NCBI RefSeq assembly: GCF_004010195.1
Contig: NC_057719.1
Coordinates: 47,176,735 to 47,226,762, forward strand
DNA: 50,028 bases
Origin: Chiloscyllium plagiosum
Taxonomy: Eukaryota
Direction of reading: 5' to 3'
The position numbers were made by a program, and so were the translations under genes. The notes below the pieces were generated by a model. It made no database searches, had not been told where the DNA came from, and worked only from the letters and a program-made list of their open reading frames with translations. Below are positions 1 to 12,871 of the stretch, piece after piece. Within the stretch, counting starts at the first letter, position 1; each line of letters begins with the position of its first letter.

Positions 1-82
1 TTGCTGGAAAAGCGCAGCAGGTCAGGCAGCATCCAAGGAGCAGGAGAATCGACGTTTCGGGCATAAGCCCTTCTTCAGGAAT
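1..82 (-). mobile_element. Penelope-like element terminal-repeat fragment (family A), truncated by window start
   Basis: Same sequence (GCTGGAAAAGCGCAGCAGGTCAGGCAGCATCC...CGACGTTTCGGGC) recurs >10 times in the window; related sequence is joined to GIY-YIG coding remnants at 26870-27360 and 39142-39473. Confidence 0.8.
47..82 (-). ncRNA. Minimal type-I hammerhead ribozyme motif
   Basis: Minus strand ATTC-CTGAAGA-A-GGGC-TTAT-GCCC-GAAA-CG-TC-GATT; core intact, helix I has one mismatch. Confidence 0.65.
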
Positions 83-589
83 GAGTATGTCATGAGCATG
101 TCTCTTAAAGGTGTTTTTATGTACTGACCGTAAGAGATAAAACAATAGGCACAACAGAAGGTGATGAGCGGTGGCGTAGGTAGTACTGAATTGTGTTTCA
201 GTGTTGGACGGGGTTGGGGGCACACAGGGGGTGTGGGCGGTGGTGGCGGGCAGGGAGCGGCGCAGATAAGGAAGCGGGAGCTCGCGGCAGTATGCTGCTG
301 CCTAGTCTCCTGAACAGCGAGCAGACTTAACAGAAAACTGTTCATGCCTTTCCTTTGTGGCTTGCAGACAATTATCCGAATAATTAACCATCCGAACGAA
401 ATAGTGTCCACCCATCTCGTTCGGATAATCGAGGTTCCTTGCTGCTGCCTAGTCTCCTGAACAGCGAGCAGACTTAACAGAAAACTGTTCATGCCTTTCC
501 TTTGTGGCTTGGAGACAATTATCCGAATAATTAACCATCTGAACGAAATAGTGTCCACCCATCTCGTTCGGATAATCGAGGTTCCTCTG
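83..589. mobile_element. Tc1/mariner Tigger/pogo-like non-autonomous DNA transposon, right end
   Basis: Ends in CGGATAATCGAGGTTCCTCTG followed by TA (590-591); reverse complement CAGAGGAACCTCGATTATCCG resembles Tigger-type TIRs; CpG-rich, so probably young; no left TIR seen in the window. Confidence 0.6.
293..586. repeat. 147-bp tandem duplication (2 copies: 293-439, 440-586)
   Basis: Near-identical direct copies (about 2 substitutions seen), both containing most of the putative TIR. Confidence 0.95.
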
Positions 590-1019
590 TAATTGTTTGT
601 TAATGCATGAAACTAGGTCCCTCATGCTCACCATGAAGATTCTTACCTACCTGTTAAAACCTGTTCCAAAAATAGATTCACTTTCCTTTTTTTTCAATGC
701 CAAGAATCTCTTATTTTCAATCTTGCAGCATTTTCCCAACTGTCTCATCATTATTCACATCGCTCAGAGGCTGGGAAAATTCCACCCCAGGTTTTGTCTT
801 TCACTACTCCTGCCTGAGGCCGGTGTAACCATTAGGTAAATTAGATAGTCGTCTGGAGAGCTAGAGTTTGGTGGCAAGGGATTGGTGTAACAATAAACTG
901 AATGAATTATTCATAAAAACTACATAAGTTAAGAAACAGCTTCAGCAGTAGGAATGAAAGGTCTGTACCTACTGATATACATCCATATACATTGACATAC
1001 ACAGAGATTTTCATGTACT

Positions 1020-1340
1020 TACATTGCAAGATCCTGAGGAAGCACCTTCCAAACTCACGACCACTTCCATCTGGAAGGACAAGAGCAGCAGATACGTGAG
1101 AACACCACCACCTGCAAGTTCCCCTCCAAGCCACTCACCATCCTGACTTGGAAATATACCACCGCTCCTGGCACAAAATCCTGGAATTCACTCCCTGAAG
1201 GCATTGTGGTCTACCTACAGCACATGCTGTGCCGTTGTTCAAGAAGGCAGCTCACCACCCCCTTTTCAAGGGCCACTAGGGAGTGGGAATAAACACTTGC
1301 CCAGCCAACAATGCCCTCGTTTCATGAGTGAATTAAAAGG
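1020..1340 (+). mobile_element. CR1/L2-group LINE 3' end (family 2)
   Basis: ORF2 C-terminal remnant (...KSWNSLP...) with TGAAT(A)n-type tail; homologous to 18680-18937 and 37830-38170. Confidence 0.75.
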
Positions 1341-2034
1341 AAGTCTTTCCCAAAATTTCATATGATATTCCTCAACCTGTTTATTAAGCAGTTTAACAAA
1401 TTTGTTTATTGATATGTCTATTCCAGATCTCCAAACCATCAATAATATCAAAGAACATAATTTAAATTTGCCTACTGTATCAAATGATTATTGATTGTGT
1501 AAAATTAGACATTGAATCATCTCGTAACAGCTGCAGGAACACATAGCAGTGCATCATGTGATCCATTGCAGATACTATGATGTTCTCTTCTTCTGGCAAA
1601 TATTCTGTGAAAAGTGCAGAACTATAAGAACATACAATCAGTAGCATAATGTTCGCCTTTCACATACATATAGAAATTGCATTTATATTAATGTGCAATT
1701 GAAAAAGTTAACTGTGAGGGGTTGAAGCACAAGGGTGAATATTGCACACTCCCATACTAGACCTGTCCCAACATTCTCAGACTGGAAGCTCTGCCTTTGA
1801 AACATTGAAAAATTCAGTACAAGTTTACCTCTCACCAACAACACTATCCACTCCAACCCATGTAATTGTAATGGAGATCAAATTAAAGGAAGCAACAAGA
1901 ATCTGAAATTGTCATGTGATGATAAAATGTTTGGGGAAATGCTTCTCTTCATGAAGTGGTTGACTGTGGCAGCGATGGGGATGGGGAGTTAATTATTCTG
2001 TTCTATCCTACTCACTTTACTCAGAGGAGGACAG

Positions 2035-2292
2035 GAAGTTTGCACAATCTCCTGGCTAATATTTATTCCTCAAACAATATCACTAAAAAAACAGGGTATC
2101 TGGTTATTATCTCCATGCTCTTTACGGGACAAATTGGCTGCTGTGTTCCTCCACATTACAACAGTGACTCACTTCAAAAATACTTCAGTGGCAGTAAAAC
2201 ACATTGGGATGTCCCGAGGTCACAAAGTGTTCTACAAAATTGCATGTTCTCTTCCTTTTGACTGTGATTGGTTCTATATAAATGCAAGTTCT
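2035..2292 (+). mobile_element. SacSINE1/AmnSINE-like (Deu-SINE) 3' portion
   Basis: AAATTGGCTGCTGTGTT..ACATTACAACAGTGACT.ACTTCAAAA.TACTTCA.TGGC.GTAAA...TTGGGATGTCC.GAGG...CTATATAAATGCAAG matches my recollection of the Deu-SINE 3' half with L2-type tail. Confidence 0.55.
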
Positions 2293-4149
2293 TATCATCA
2301 CAGAGGCTTATGAGATTGCTCATTCCAAATTGAAATTAGGCATCAAAGAGCTTTTATAGTTTGATTAGTTTATGTTATGCTTAGTCAAAACAGATTCTGC
2401 TACCATCATTTATTATTTATTTAAATATACTTCAACAAAGTACAAACCCTTAACAAAAATGTAAATCTAGATATTTTTAGTTTTTTTTAAGTAATACATC
2501 TCAACAGATAATCTTTCCCTGTCTGGTAATCCAAACAAATTAGAGGTCAAAACCATTGCATATAATCTGTTAACACAGGAAACAAGTGTAACTTGCTATT
2601 GGGAGTTAACGGGTAAAAGATCCCATTTCACCTCCTTCATTTACATTAGTTATTAAATCAACCGATTGAAAAATTTGGCAAACATAAGGAAGAGAAAACG
2701 AGCCTACAACAGCAGCAGCTCGGCTTTGGCTATTTCACTGTTTATGGGGATTCTTAACCTTAATTAAAACAGGGTGAGTTGAAAGGCTATTACTGCATCA
2801 GTCGTTTTTTGTTTGTATCCCCTTAATAAGATAACCAACAAAATCTGTTGAAAAGCATATGTAGTTAAAGTTCCTGCCTGGGGCAGCTCAGAATTGCAAT
2901 CCAGACCCTACCTCCTGCCTTCTGACGGAGGTCACAGATTAAAGTATCAGTGCTCTTTGTCACTCATCTGATTTTTCAACTAACTGATTTTCATCGATTC
3001 CATTGCGAGGTGGGGGTGCCACATAGATGTAAGATATCTCTGAGAGATGAAAATGGATATTATTCAGCACATTGTACCTAAATAGCTTGTCTGCCTGGTT
3101 GATCAACTTTCACATTATTCTCCCCTCTCAACTGCAGGGGACTTTGGGTGGAGGTAGATTTACTAATAGGAGAGAAAAGAAATGAAGGCTGTGCTTTCTT
3201 AGTCTAAAAGTTATGACTATAAAGTATTCTTCAAACTAAACAATTTTCATCTCTGTTTGTATCAAAGCACCAAAAGAACAAAACAAGACAGATATTCACT
3301 TATTTTCAAAAGTGGTGGGTGGTCTATACAGAATTGTACAGCAAAGCAAGGCACAAATAAAAACAAACCAGAAATGACCTACTGTTCCACAGTTTAAGCC
3401 ATAAAGCCTACCATGTGTGCTGTAAGATATAGTATAGAAGTTTTTGCAAGCTACTGAGACCCTCTATTTCTCTAATTGTCATTGGCTGTGCTCAAGAACG
3501 ATAGTCACATTTAGATTTCCTGTTTAATCCTGAAATGTGTGTTCTCATTGCTTACGTCATTCAAGCGATATTATTCTTATATTAAAAAGAATTATTTAAC
3601 ATTTTAATTGCTGACACAAGTCTCATTTAGTCATATTTTAACCTGACTTAAATACCTTTCATCTTGAATGGATAAGGAGTAGCTTTAGTGTATTAATTAT
3701 TCACTCAAATCCAATCAAAATTCAATTCTTACACATTAATTCATTCAAAAGGCTTGGAATGCCAAATAAAGACATACATGTGCTCAGTCATGTCTCAACC
3801 AAAGGGAACAAACACCAGGTGTCCTGTGAAGTATCTTTGAAGGGTTAAATAACAATCATTAGAACCTTTATACCACTAAAAGGATTCTTATGAAACCCTG
3901 AAAGGCACTTCCTGTCACCAGACTCTCTGACACTAACCAGCTCCTACTGACTGGAAATAACCACTTGAGAAACCATCACTTCCTTTACTTATCAACTTCT
4001 GAAGAAACAAACCTACATGAAGAAAAATTACTTAACTGCCTAATCCAGCTCTTTACACTTAAACTGTGTATGTTGCTGTTTACACTTTATGTAAACAATG
4101 CCACTGCTTTCATGTAAAGCAGACTTTCAGGGCTGCAAGTTTCCATGGC

Positions 4150-5400
4150 TGTATTCATGCTCTCAGCTTTAATCTATTCAGGAGTTTTCTTGTGTATACA
4201 AACCAGACCACAATTCCTCGACATACTTTAAAGGATTCCATCCAATGACAACTGATTTTCTCAAGTACACCTCATCATTCACAATCACAGATTTGATTTG
4301 ATTTACTTGCATCCCACAGTACTTGTTTAAAGGCACCTCCAGCTCCAATTTTCTGTTCTCTGACAGCAATGATCCATGGGTACAGTTTCATAGTTGCTAG
4401 TTAACATCCATTTCTCACCCAAATGCTGATCTTTCATGTGAAAACCTCAGCAGTGAGCAATGAAAAGCTATTCAACTGCAAAAGAACATTTTAATTAAAC
4501 TTGGTTTTGTTCTCACCCACACATGCAACATTCCAGTACAGGCCACTGGTTAGTAAGCACCAACAGAAGCACATACTTTTCTTGCCCTTTTTCACCCCTT
4601 GTAAGTATTTAGAGCATATGTCTACTGAAAAGTAAAATACTACACCCAAAACATTAATTTATTTATTCTCTCTACAGTCCCTGACAGAACAACTGGCCTT
4701 CCTTTATTTTCTCTTTTTGTAGCATCCTTACTCCCTTCTCAGCAAAAATCTGCTAACTTCAAATAAATCAAGCCGTAGTCAGTAAATGGAATAACATTAA
4801 CACTGCGTGATCAGTCTAATATCATCTGAAGGAATTGTGATAAGACTGGGCTGAGTCAAATCCTGCCTACTTTACAATAAAAAATGATGATATACTGTAG
4901 AGCAGATTTGAAGAATGAAAGCAGAAGTCATCTTTGTTCGCTATGGCAAGATGATGGACTGCATGGAATCCAATAGAATTCATTTCCGCAAATGCGAGCA
5001 CAGAAGATGCACCACCTGTCCATGCTTGCCGCCATGTGAACAATTGGCATGTGCTCCCTCTCACCTTATATGTTGTATTCAATGTTTGTCAGGTGACTTT
5101 TTCTACACTGAAGCGACCTAGTTTATTGTTTTGCCAAACACCATCATTCTGACTGCAAGGGTGAGCACAAATAATGTTGTGATATCATTCTGTCACTGGC
5201 CTCTCCTCCTATTCCAAGATTCATGAACAATATCTTTCTCCTCATCAGCTTGCAATCCTCTGATCCAGATAAAAACTCCAATAATTTCAGATTTTATTTC
5301 CAAATTCATTTCAATTTCATTCCCATTTCCAAAGTCTTCCATGTTTTTCATATTTGTGCACTTTCACAATTGTTCACAAGCCATTTTTATCACCATGATC
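4150..5400 (-). mobile_element. Possible ancient RTE-type LINE remnant
   Basis: Stop-interrupted minus-strand translation EEKDIVHEILE...KLGRFSVEK...TTYKVRG and later QIK...YVEEL...EN weakly resembles RTE endonuclease/linker in the right order. Confidence 0.25.
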
Positions 5401-5774
5401 TGATCTTTTTAATGCAGCTAGTGATCTGATGGAACTGACCCGCTACTTATATAATCGTTTTTGGCCGTAATATTTATTTGAAGCCAGGAGTGAGCAAGTT
5501 GGGAAAATGTAGCTTTTCAGTAAGGAGACCCAAAATACGGATTTCTTATACATCATACTGCAATAACTGTAGGATAATTTTCAACTCTTTTAACTGTATG
5601 GGAGGTAGGGTGGAAGCTGCTTGGCAGCTGCAGTCAGGTAAGTCTAATCCCCTAGAGTGTGAGTCAGGCACTAGAGGTGGACTCAAGTATGATGATGGGT
5701 TCCAGTTGTGTAGAGGTTGAAATTTTAGATTGATGGAGATTCCTTCTTACGTCACAGATCTGATCATTGTTGTT

Positions 5775-5986
5775 AAGATTAGAGTGGTGCTGGAAAAGCA
5801 CAGCAGATCAGGCAGCATACGAGGAGCAGGAAAATCGACATTTCAGGGCAGGAGCCCTTCAGCAGGAAGGGCTTTTGCCCGAAACATCGATTTCCTGCTC
5901 CTCGGATACTGCCTGACCTGGTGTGCTTTTCCAGCACCACTCTAATCTTGACTCTAATCTCCAACATCTGCAGTCCTCACTTTCGC
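5775..5986. mobile_element. PLE fold-back insertion (family A)
   Basis: Inverted arms ~5775-5860 / 5866-5949, 37-nt right extension, TSD CTGATCATT(G/A)TTGTT at 5760-5774 and 5987-6001. Confidence 0.9.
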
Positions 5987-6509
5987 CTGATCATTATTGT
6001 TGCCAACATACTTGTTGGCATACCTGGGTTTGAAAATCTATGTATTAAAAGTAGGTATTTAGCTGACATAGATCCACAAAGACTCTTTGAAAGAGTTTAG
6101 TGTCTGATATACATCCTCTTAAAGCTAAAAATGGAAGTGGAAGAATGGGAGGCATGGAAGCAGGTAAGGATGAGTCTGAGAATTTGACAACATTTTTCCT
6201 TTTAGTTTACCTACAATCAACCTTTACTTAAAATTGTCTGATGCTTGGCTTATTTACACATGTCATTCCCCTTTATCTGTTCAAATTACCACAGTAGCAA
6301 CGTCGTTTTTATACTTTTAAAGAAAGGTATAGAGCCGAAATCTCAATTGTCTATCCACATTGAGTCATTGAGTTTCTTTTTTGTTTCAGATTTTCAATAT
6401 TTTCAGTATTTTGTTCTTCACTTGAGAAATTGGAGTCCTTAGTATTCACAGAACCATAACTAAACTAAGTTAATGTTAAAGAATGAAGGTCATTAAAGAT
6501 ATGAAATGT

Positions 6510-6935
6510 TCTGAATTGAACTGAATTCACTTTATTGACACGTGCCCACATGAGCGCAGTGAAGGGTTTACAAGTCACCCTTTACGGCACCATCTGAGGT
6601 ACAAAGGTACATAGGTACAGATTCATGAGTACAAACTGGCTGGAAAAAAGTTAGAAAAATAAAGAAATAAAAAGTCCAGTATTACAGACCTTCCAAAGTA
6701 CAAGGTCATAGGAATAAATTAGAGAAAAAAAGAAATAAAAAGTTCAGAATAACACTCCTTCCATAATAATATAACAAAGAAAAATAAAGAAATTTCATAA
6801 AGAGAGAATTTAAGATCGAAAAGATACAGAGGGAATGGTTCTTCAGGGTAAAAGCAATTCCAGAGGCCATTCACACCACCAAGATAATCATTAAGAAATC
6901 CCAAAGAGAATTCAGAAGAAAGCTCTTCAGCCAAA
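6510..6935 (-). repeat. Unclassified repeat interrupting local sequence
   Basis: Starts with a short (CTGAA/TTGAA)n-like run and TTTATT (minus-strand polyA-signal-like); internal A-rich AAATAAAGAAAT subrepeats. Confidence 0.3.
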
Positions 6936-7290
6936 GTGTGGTAAGACTGTGGAAGTCACTCCCACAGGAATTGGGTGTAGCAAATATTTACTAAGAGGGA
7001 AAAGTCAGCAAAATGACAGTTAAACTTGGAAATAAATGTGCTGGTTGCACTAGACATCCATTTTGAAGTTTACAAGACAAGTCAATCAACATGTGCCAGT
7101 TTTACTGGTTTTCTTCACAAACTTATTTAAGGGGAAGTTAGACAAGCAATTGTTGGAGAAAGGATTATAACGTTACAATGGTAAATTGAGATGGGCAAAG
7201 ATATTCGGAGGTTGAATGCAGCGTAAACACTAGCATAGACTGGTTGGGCTGAATGGTCTGTTGCTGTGCTCTATATACAATGTTATCCTA
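6935..7290 (+). mobile_element. Old CR1 LINE 3' end
   Basis: GTGGTAAGACTGTGGAAGTCACTCCCACAG (VVRLW.SLP) and tail GCATAGACTGGTTGGGCTGAATGGTCTGTT typical of CR1 3' ends. Confidence 0.55.
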
Positions 7291-7325
7291 TGTAACACAT
7301 AGGAGACAATTGTCAGACCTGGAGT

Positions 7326-7522
7326 AAGTTTATTTGGAAGCTCTAGCTTTCGAAGCTCTGATTCTTCATCAGCTGGTTGTGGAGTAGAATCATCTCCACA
7401 ACCACTTGAAGAAGAAGCAGCACCCCAAAAGCTAGAGCATCCAAATAAACCTGTTGGACTAAAACCTGGTGTTGTATGATTTTTAACTTTGACAACCCCA
7501 GTGCAACACCGGCACCACCACA
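7326..7522. mobile_element. PLE fold-back insertion (family B)
   Basis: Inverted arms ~7328-7384 / 7394-7450; perfect 13-bp TSD TCAGACCTGGAGT at 7313-7325 and 7523-7535; minus arm has CTGATGA-A-GAATC..GCTTC-GAAAGCTA. Confidence 0.85.
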
Positions 7523-7947
7523 TCAGACCTGGAGTGTGGTGGTATCAGCTTGTTGAGGAATTTCTGATAAAAGAGATTACCATAGATAACTGGAGAATGA
7601 TTGATAAAGATTGACAGGCCAACTACCAACACAGTAAGTTAACAGGTATCAGCAGCTCATGATTGTGGAGATTAAGAGTTCAAGGCAGTATGGTCCAATT
7701 TGTTTTGAAGGCCATGGAGGAGAATTTCTGAAAATGGCAACCATTGTCTTGCTTAGGTCAAACAATTACAATTTCCATATTAAAAGGGGCAAATCATTCG
7801 AAACAGGTGATGGTTTTGGATACTGTTCAATTGGAGCTGGCAACTAAGGAGCATGAAGGTACTAACTTCATTTTGATGCCATCAGCATTACTACAACAAA
7901 AGTCAAAGGCAGAGACAGTTGCCCCCATTGACTCAATTCAGAGTATG

Positions 7948-8057
7948 AAAAGTGTGGTGCTGGAAAAGCGCAGCAGGCCATGCAGCCTGGCCTGCTGCGT
8001 TTTTCCAGCACCACACTTTTCAACTCTGGTCTCCAGCATCTGCAGTCCTCACTTTCT
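7948..8057. mobile_element. Short PLE fold-back insertion (family A) lacking the hammerhead core
   Basis: 35-bp inverted arms 7946-7980 / 7988-8022, 35-nt extension, TSD CTCAATTCAGAG(T/A)ATG at 7932-7947 and 8058-8073. Confidence 0.9.
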
Positions 8058-8789
8058 CTCAATTCAGAGAATGTTTGTTACTGAAGATTTGTCTCTTTTG
8101 ATCTGTTTTATTTTAAAATATGTGCATCTACAATTTAATAATTTTAATAAACAAATCTTCCACTTTTGACTCAGCTATTGTTTCTACACCTGAACTCATT
8201 TCAACTACACCAAGGGACTGTTTTTATCAATACTGTTTAAAGAGGGTATAATCATCTACAAAGATTATTTCAATAAATAGGTAAGTGATTGATATTATTC
8301 AATACACAAAAATGTTGGAATACAAACACATAAGTTGAATGTCAACAGATGGGCAAATTAATTATAGAATACAGCTTTTCTGAGAAAAACGTTTGGGGCT
8401 TCTTAAGTATCTTCCTGAAGGCCACTAAAGAAATATGGGAGTCTGTGTGTAGTCAGATGGGAATGTGCATAGGAGAATTTACAGCTGTGAAAGTATTTAA
8501 ACAGACCCAGGACCAAAACATTAAGGGCTGAAAATTAATGTACTCCCCCTTTTAGACATATTGTGGGGGAATGGGGGTCACAACTCCCAATCTGCCCATC
8601 CTGCTGAGCTCACAGCACGCAGACTTGTGCTGCCTCTCTTTATGTTGTGGTAGTGACATTCAGCTAAGAACGTCAACAGAGACCTGACAGTGTGCAAAGC
8701 TAAGAAATGTTTTAGCTAGCCTCCAGTTCTGAAAGGCAGCCTATTCCCCTTAAGATGCAAGCATCACAAGGAAGCTGCTGACAACCAGA

Positions 8790-10500
8790 AGTGCAATTGG
8801 ACTTAAAAATGGAACACCAGAGAAGAAAGAGGGTGCACAGGTTAACGGATATAATGCTGCAAGTTAACAGAAGCAGAAGGCCAAATTTCCACAGAAGGCC
8901 AGAAGCCCCTCAAGGCAAAACAATGAAAGGGAATGAATGCAGATTAGCAGTGAGGCCAACATTTGAAGTCTAGCCCGAGGTCTATGCAAAAGGTTCAATG
9001 ACATTACACGGATGCTTAAGGTCAGTGAATGCATCCTCAAAATGTGAACCACCACGCCAGCAACTGCACCACACACCCTTCACTCACTCATCATCAATGA
9101 TGCCAGTGTCACACTCACCTCTCACAGCCTTCACATACCTCCTGCTTTTGGCTATGCAGACACATTGTACAAACACAGCAACACAAACATTGACATTTTA
9201 CCCACTCTCATAGAATAACGTGGTACTGAATCAAAGGAAGCAGAATACAGCTGGTGAGGAACGAGCGTGCTGCATCTCCAAAGTTTGACTGAGAACACAG
9301 TGCTCACAATGCTCTGGGGCTGATTGCAACACAGCTCATTGTGTCCAATAATACTGAGAACATTGAGGGTGAAGTTGGATTTTATTGCCTTACATACCTT
9401 CTAAGAATCCGACTTCACCCTTATCCTCCAATCTGGAATGAAGGACCACTGTTAGTGGTGTGACCACAGAACTACAACTTTCCATCTCTTCTCATGCCAA
9501 TTGTCATCCCTGACATTTGTCTTGCAGACTTTCCAGAATTGCTGCCTGTCAAACCAGAACAGCCCCAGGAAGAAAAAATCGAAAAACTACACAGCGCTGA
9601 TGAAGGGGCAATATCCTTTACCAACATCTGTAACGCCTGCAGCCAACAGGCCGGATACTGGATGTACTATGTGTATCTTAAAGGCTAGTAGGGAGTGCTG
9701 AGTCACAGAACACGTGTAAACTGTGGTGAATGGACAGCTGTGTGGAGGTGCATCAGACAGCAAGGATCACTGTTGTCCTATTGTGAGGAACTTAGATGGG
9801 GACTTTGATGGGGCAGTTTAGGGAAAATATTTATGAACAGCCACACCGAGATGTTTGGTTCATTTGCAAATCTGACAGTCACTGTCAAAAGCATGGAGGA
9901 GGTTGAATTCAATGTGACACATGGCTTGTCTCACACAGAGTTTGGATCCTATCCTGTCCAGCAACAGCATGTAGACTGACTCATGATGTATGTCTGCTGG
10001 TCACTGTCTCAGTTTCCATTTCAGCCCAGGCATGAAACACACATCACATTGCTGCAGTAAGAACTCAGTTAGACGGGATCAAATCTTGCTTCTTTGAAGG
10101 TTCAGAGTGCTGTCTTCCTGGGTACTTGATGGACCTTGCAGGCTCTCATGGCAATGTTTCAATTAATCCTCCAACAAATCACTAGTATTACTGATCAATG
10201 CAGAGGAGTGGCTGTGATACTATGGAACTCAAATCCACTGCTGTTTCTCAGGAGGACAGCATTTGCACTCCCATCAACGCCATTGCAGTGATGCACTAGT
10301 TGTCGCCTCTCAGTCAGCTAGCCCAGACTGCTGCTGCCGATGCTTAGCTGATGCAGGCTGAAGTTCACACTTCAAGGCTCAATGTTATTCAAAGCTAACA
10401 GCAGTCTCCTCAAAGAAGCAGCAGCCTTGAGCAGCCATGCTATAACTACCAGGATTAGGAGGGGTAAAACTACTTGCAAAACAGGCTAAAAGAAGTGCAC
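8790..10500 (+). mobile_element. Degenerate PIF/Harbinger-like element, Myb/SANT (trihelix) ORF remnant
   Basis: Around 8934-9020 reads *MQISSEANI*SLARGLCKRFNDITRMLK followed by a GT donor, resembling W...VN...R...QCRKRFNDL; next segment ~9213 LNQRKQNTAG resembles HNRRER..TGGG; boundaries uncertain. Confidence 0.45.
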
Positions 10501-10767
10501 AATGACAAATAGTTCATCAATGTTTATTCACTTGAATGTTTTGCTGGCAAAAACTGTTATGGACTTTTTTTTGGCATCTTTTATGACAGAAACTTAGCCA
10601 AGAAACACTGATGGGGCATCGAAGATGGGTTGTAATGTAGGAATTGGTATACTATTAATAATATATTAATTTGTTATAAAGGTTAAGGAGGACATTGATT
10701 GATTAAAAACCTTGTGCACGTAGAAAGAAAGATGTGCCCCTTTAACAATCAGTTGATCAGTTAATTA

Positions 10768-10971
10768 AAAACCAAAAGAACTGCAGATGCTGTAAATCAG
10801 AGACAAAAATAGAAATTTCTGGAAAGACTCAGCAGGTCAGGCAGCATCTGTGAACAGAAATCAGAGTTAATGTTTCGGGTCCAGTGACCTTTCCTCAGAA
10901 TGTTAACTCTGATTTCTGTCCACAGATGCTTCCAGACCTGCTGAACTTTTCCAGAAATTTCTATCTTTGTC
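10768..10971. mobile_element. PLE fold-back insertion (family C)
   Basis: Arms ~10802-10870 / 10903-10971, 34-nt left extension, perfect TSD ATCAGTTAATTA at 10756-10767 and 10972-10983; minus strand CTGAGGA-A-AGGTC-ACTG-GACCC-GAAACATT hammerhead-like motif at ~10869-10898. Confidence 0.85.
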
Positions 10972-11954
10972 ATCAGTTAATTATTTGTTTTTCTTCACCT
11001 TGTACTTTCAAAACAACTGGAAAAATTTACATGGGACCTCTTTTTCCATTGGGAATTAGCCATGGAGGGTTTTGTATGGGACAGTGTTATGCAATAAAAG
11101 ATTAGGACAGCTCACAGACTCCCAGCACGCCTGCATTTTTGGTGGCCTTGAAGAGTCCGTGTTCCGCATCTACATAGGTTGTGTAAGGTTACAGCCTCTC
11201 TTCCAATGTTTGAGATTTGGATTGCACTTCAGTCCCACGTTGAACTTTGCTAACCAACATGAAGGGTGGTTGTGGGAGTGGGGGGTGCAAACTGAGCAGA
11301 GGACCTTTTCCTTAGCCTACTCCTGGACCTTAATTCAGGCAATAAGAGGTTAATTCAGCTGAACAGGTCGTTTGATGAAACTGTCTGGTTATCTTTGATG
11401 GATCTGTGTTTGCCTGGGTGCCCTCAGAGAGGAACCAGGCATTGTTCACTGGTTCACTTCAGTCCTTCCACAATTGGTGGATGCTGCAAGGGCTGGATTA
11501 CATTGTCAACCCCAAAATGGAGTTTTAGTTTAAATTTGATAAGGTTTCTTTGAAGTGTTGCTCATTGGTACAGTATCCCTTTAACTGACTGTCAATTAGT
11601 TAAATGTTCATTTGTTTCTCCATTTCTGAAAAGAAAATAAACAAAGACTTCTGGGACTCTGGGTGTTAGTTAGGAAGGAGGCAGACATATGCAATGTGCA
11701 TTCTGTAATTAATCTAGTACTAAGTAAAAGATTGGCATCTGGTTTCCTACTTCACCATCTGGTTTCACAATTAAAGTAACATGGTAGCAGAAGATGAAAA
11801 CTAAGAAACATTTTTCAAAAAAAAGATTGTAATCTGAGTTACTTTTTTGAAGAATGGCTGGAAGCAAGTGTAAGTTGTCAGGGTTTGATTAACAACTGAT
11901 GTTCTCTGAGTCTGAACCTTATGACCAGTAGAAAAATGAAGTGGATGTATGGAC

Positions 11955-12405
11955 ATAGATTCATAGAGTCATACAGCACAGAAACAGACCCTGCAGTCCA
12001 ACTCATCCATGTCAACTAATCTTCCCAAACTAAACTATTCCCATTTGCCAATATTTGACCCACACCCCTCTGAACCTTTCCTATTCAAGTACCTATCAGA
12101 ATGTCTTTTAAATGCTCCAACTGTACCTGCATCTACCACTTCCTCTGGCCAGTTCATCCCATATATGAACCACCTTCTCAGTGAAGAAATCAGCCCTCAG
12201 GTCCCTTTGAAATCTTTCTCCTCTTGCCTTAAAAATATGTCCTCTAGTTTTGAATTCTCCTACCCTGTGAAACAGATCTTTGCTATTCATCCTATCCATG
12301 CCCCTCATTATTTTATAAACCTCTCTAAGGTCACCTCCTATGCTCCACTTGAAAACATCTCGGTCTATCCAGCCTCTCCCTATGACTCAGATCCTCCAGT
12401 TCTGA
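11955..12405 (-). mobile_element. CR1 (HER1-like) LINE 3' end
   Basis: ORF 12108-12308 MRGMDRMNSKDLF...TRGHIFK..GERFQRDLRADFFTEKVVHIWDEL is the CR1 ORF2 C-terminus; (CATAGAGT)n tail. Confidence 0.9.
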
Positions 12406-12414
12406 CATAGGTTA

Positions 12415-12600
12415 GGTACTTTTTTTACTCGTTCGTGAGATGTCGACATTATGCTAGGCCAACATTTATTGCCCATCTCTACTTGACCTGGAGAAGGTGG
12501 TGGTGAGTTACCTTCTTGAACGATTACTGTTATTGCTGTGTAGGGACATTCAAGGGAGTTCCAGGATTCTGACCCAGCAACAGTGGAGAAGTAGTGATTT
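12415..12600 (-). mobile_element. CR1/L2-group LINE 3' end (family 2)
   Basis: CATTTATTGCCCATC...GAGAAGGTGGTGGTGAG...GGGAGTTCCAGGATT.TGACCCAG is the reverse complement of the family-2 tail. Confidence 0.7.
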
Positions 12601-12871
12601 AATTCCCATTTACTTTAAGAGAAAACAAGGTATGATCTTGGTATTATTGCTTCCTCATGAAAATAAAATGAGAAGCAAAATGTTTTGTGATCTGGAAACT
12701 CATCAGTTAAGTATCAATCAAGATTTGAAGATTGTATTGAGCTTCATGAATGAAAATTACAAAAAAGATGATCTGTTAGATATTGATGAGACAAGATCAG
12801 GTTGTGACAGACTTTGGTAAGTAGTTATTCAATAGGGGAATGTATGATGGACTATAATGATCTAAAAGATT

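Noticed and set aside
22..558. Longest ORF (178 aa, minus) with an internal peptide repeat
   Set aside because: Arises from the 147-bp (multiple of 3) tandem duplication in a MITE and runs into a PLE repeat; no protein family resemblance
293..586. Direct repeats as a CRISPR array
   Set aside because: Two abutting 147-bp units, no spacers, vertebrate context
4915..5121. Cys/His-rich 68-aa plus-strand ORF as a zinc finger
   Set aside because: No recognisable ligand spacing; more likely the antisense of a decayed retroelement
5775..5949. Fold-backs as DNA-transposon MITEs or miRNA genes
   Set aside because: Arms are asymmetric, TSD lengths vary (11-18 bp), solo arms exist, and related repeats are attached to GIY-YIG remnants, indicating PLE retrotransposition
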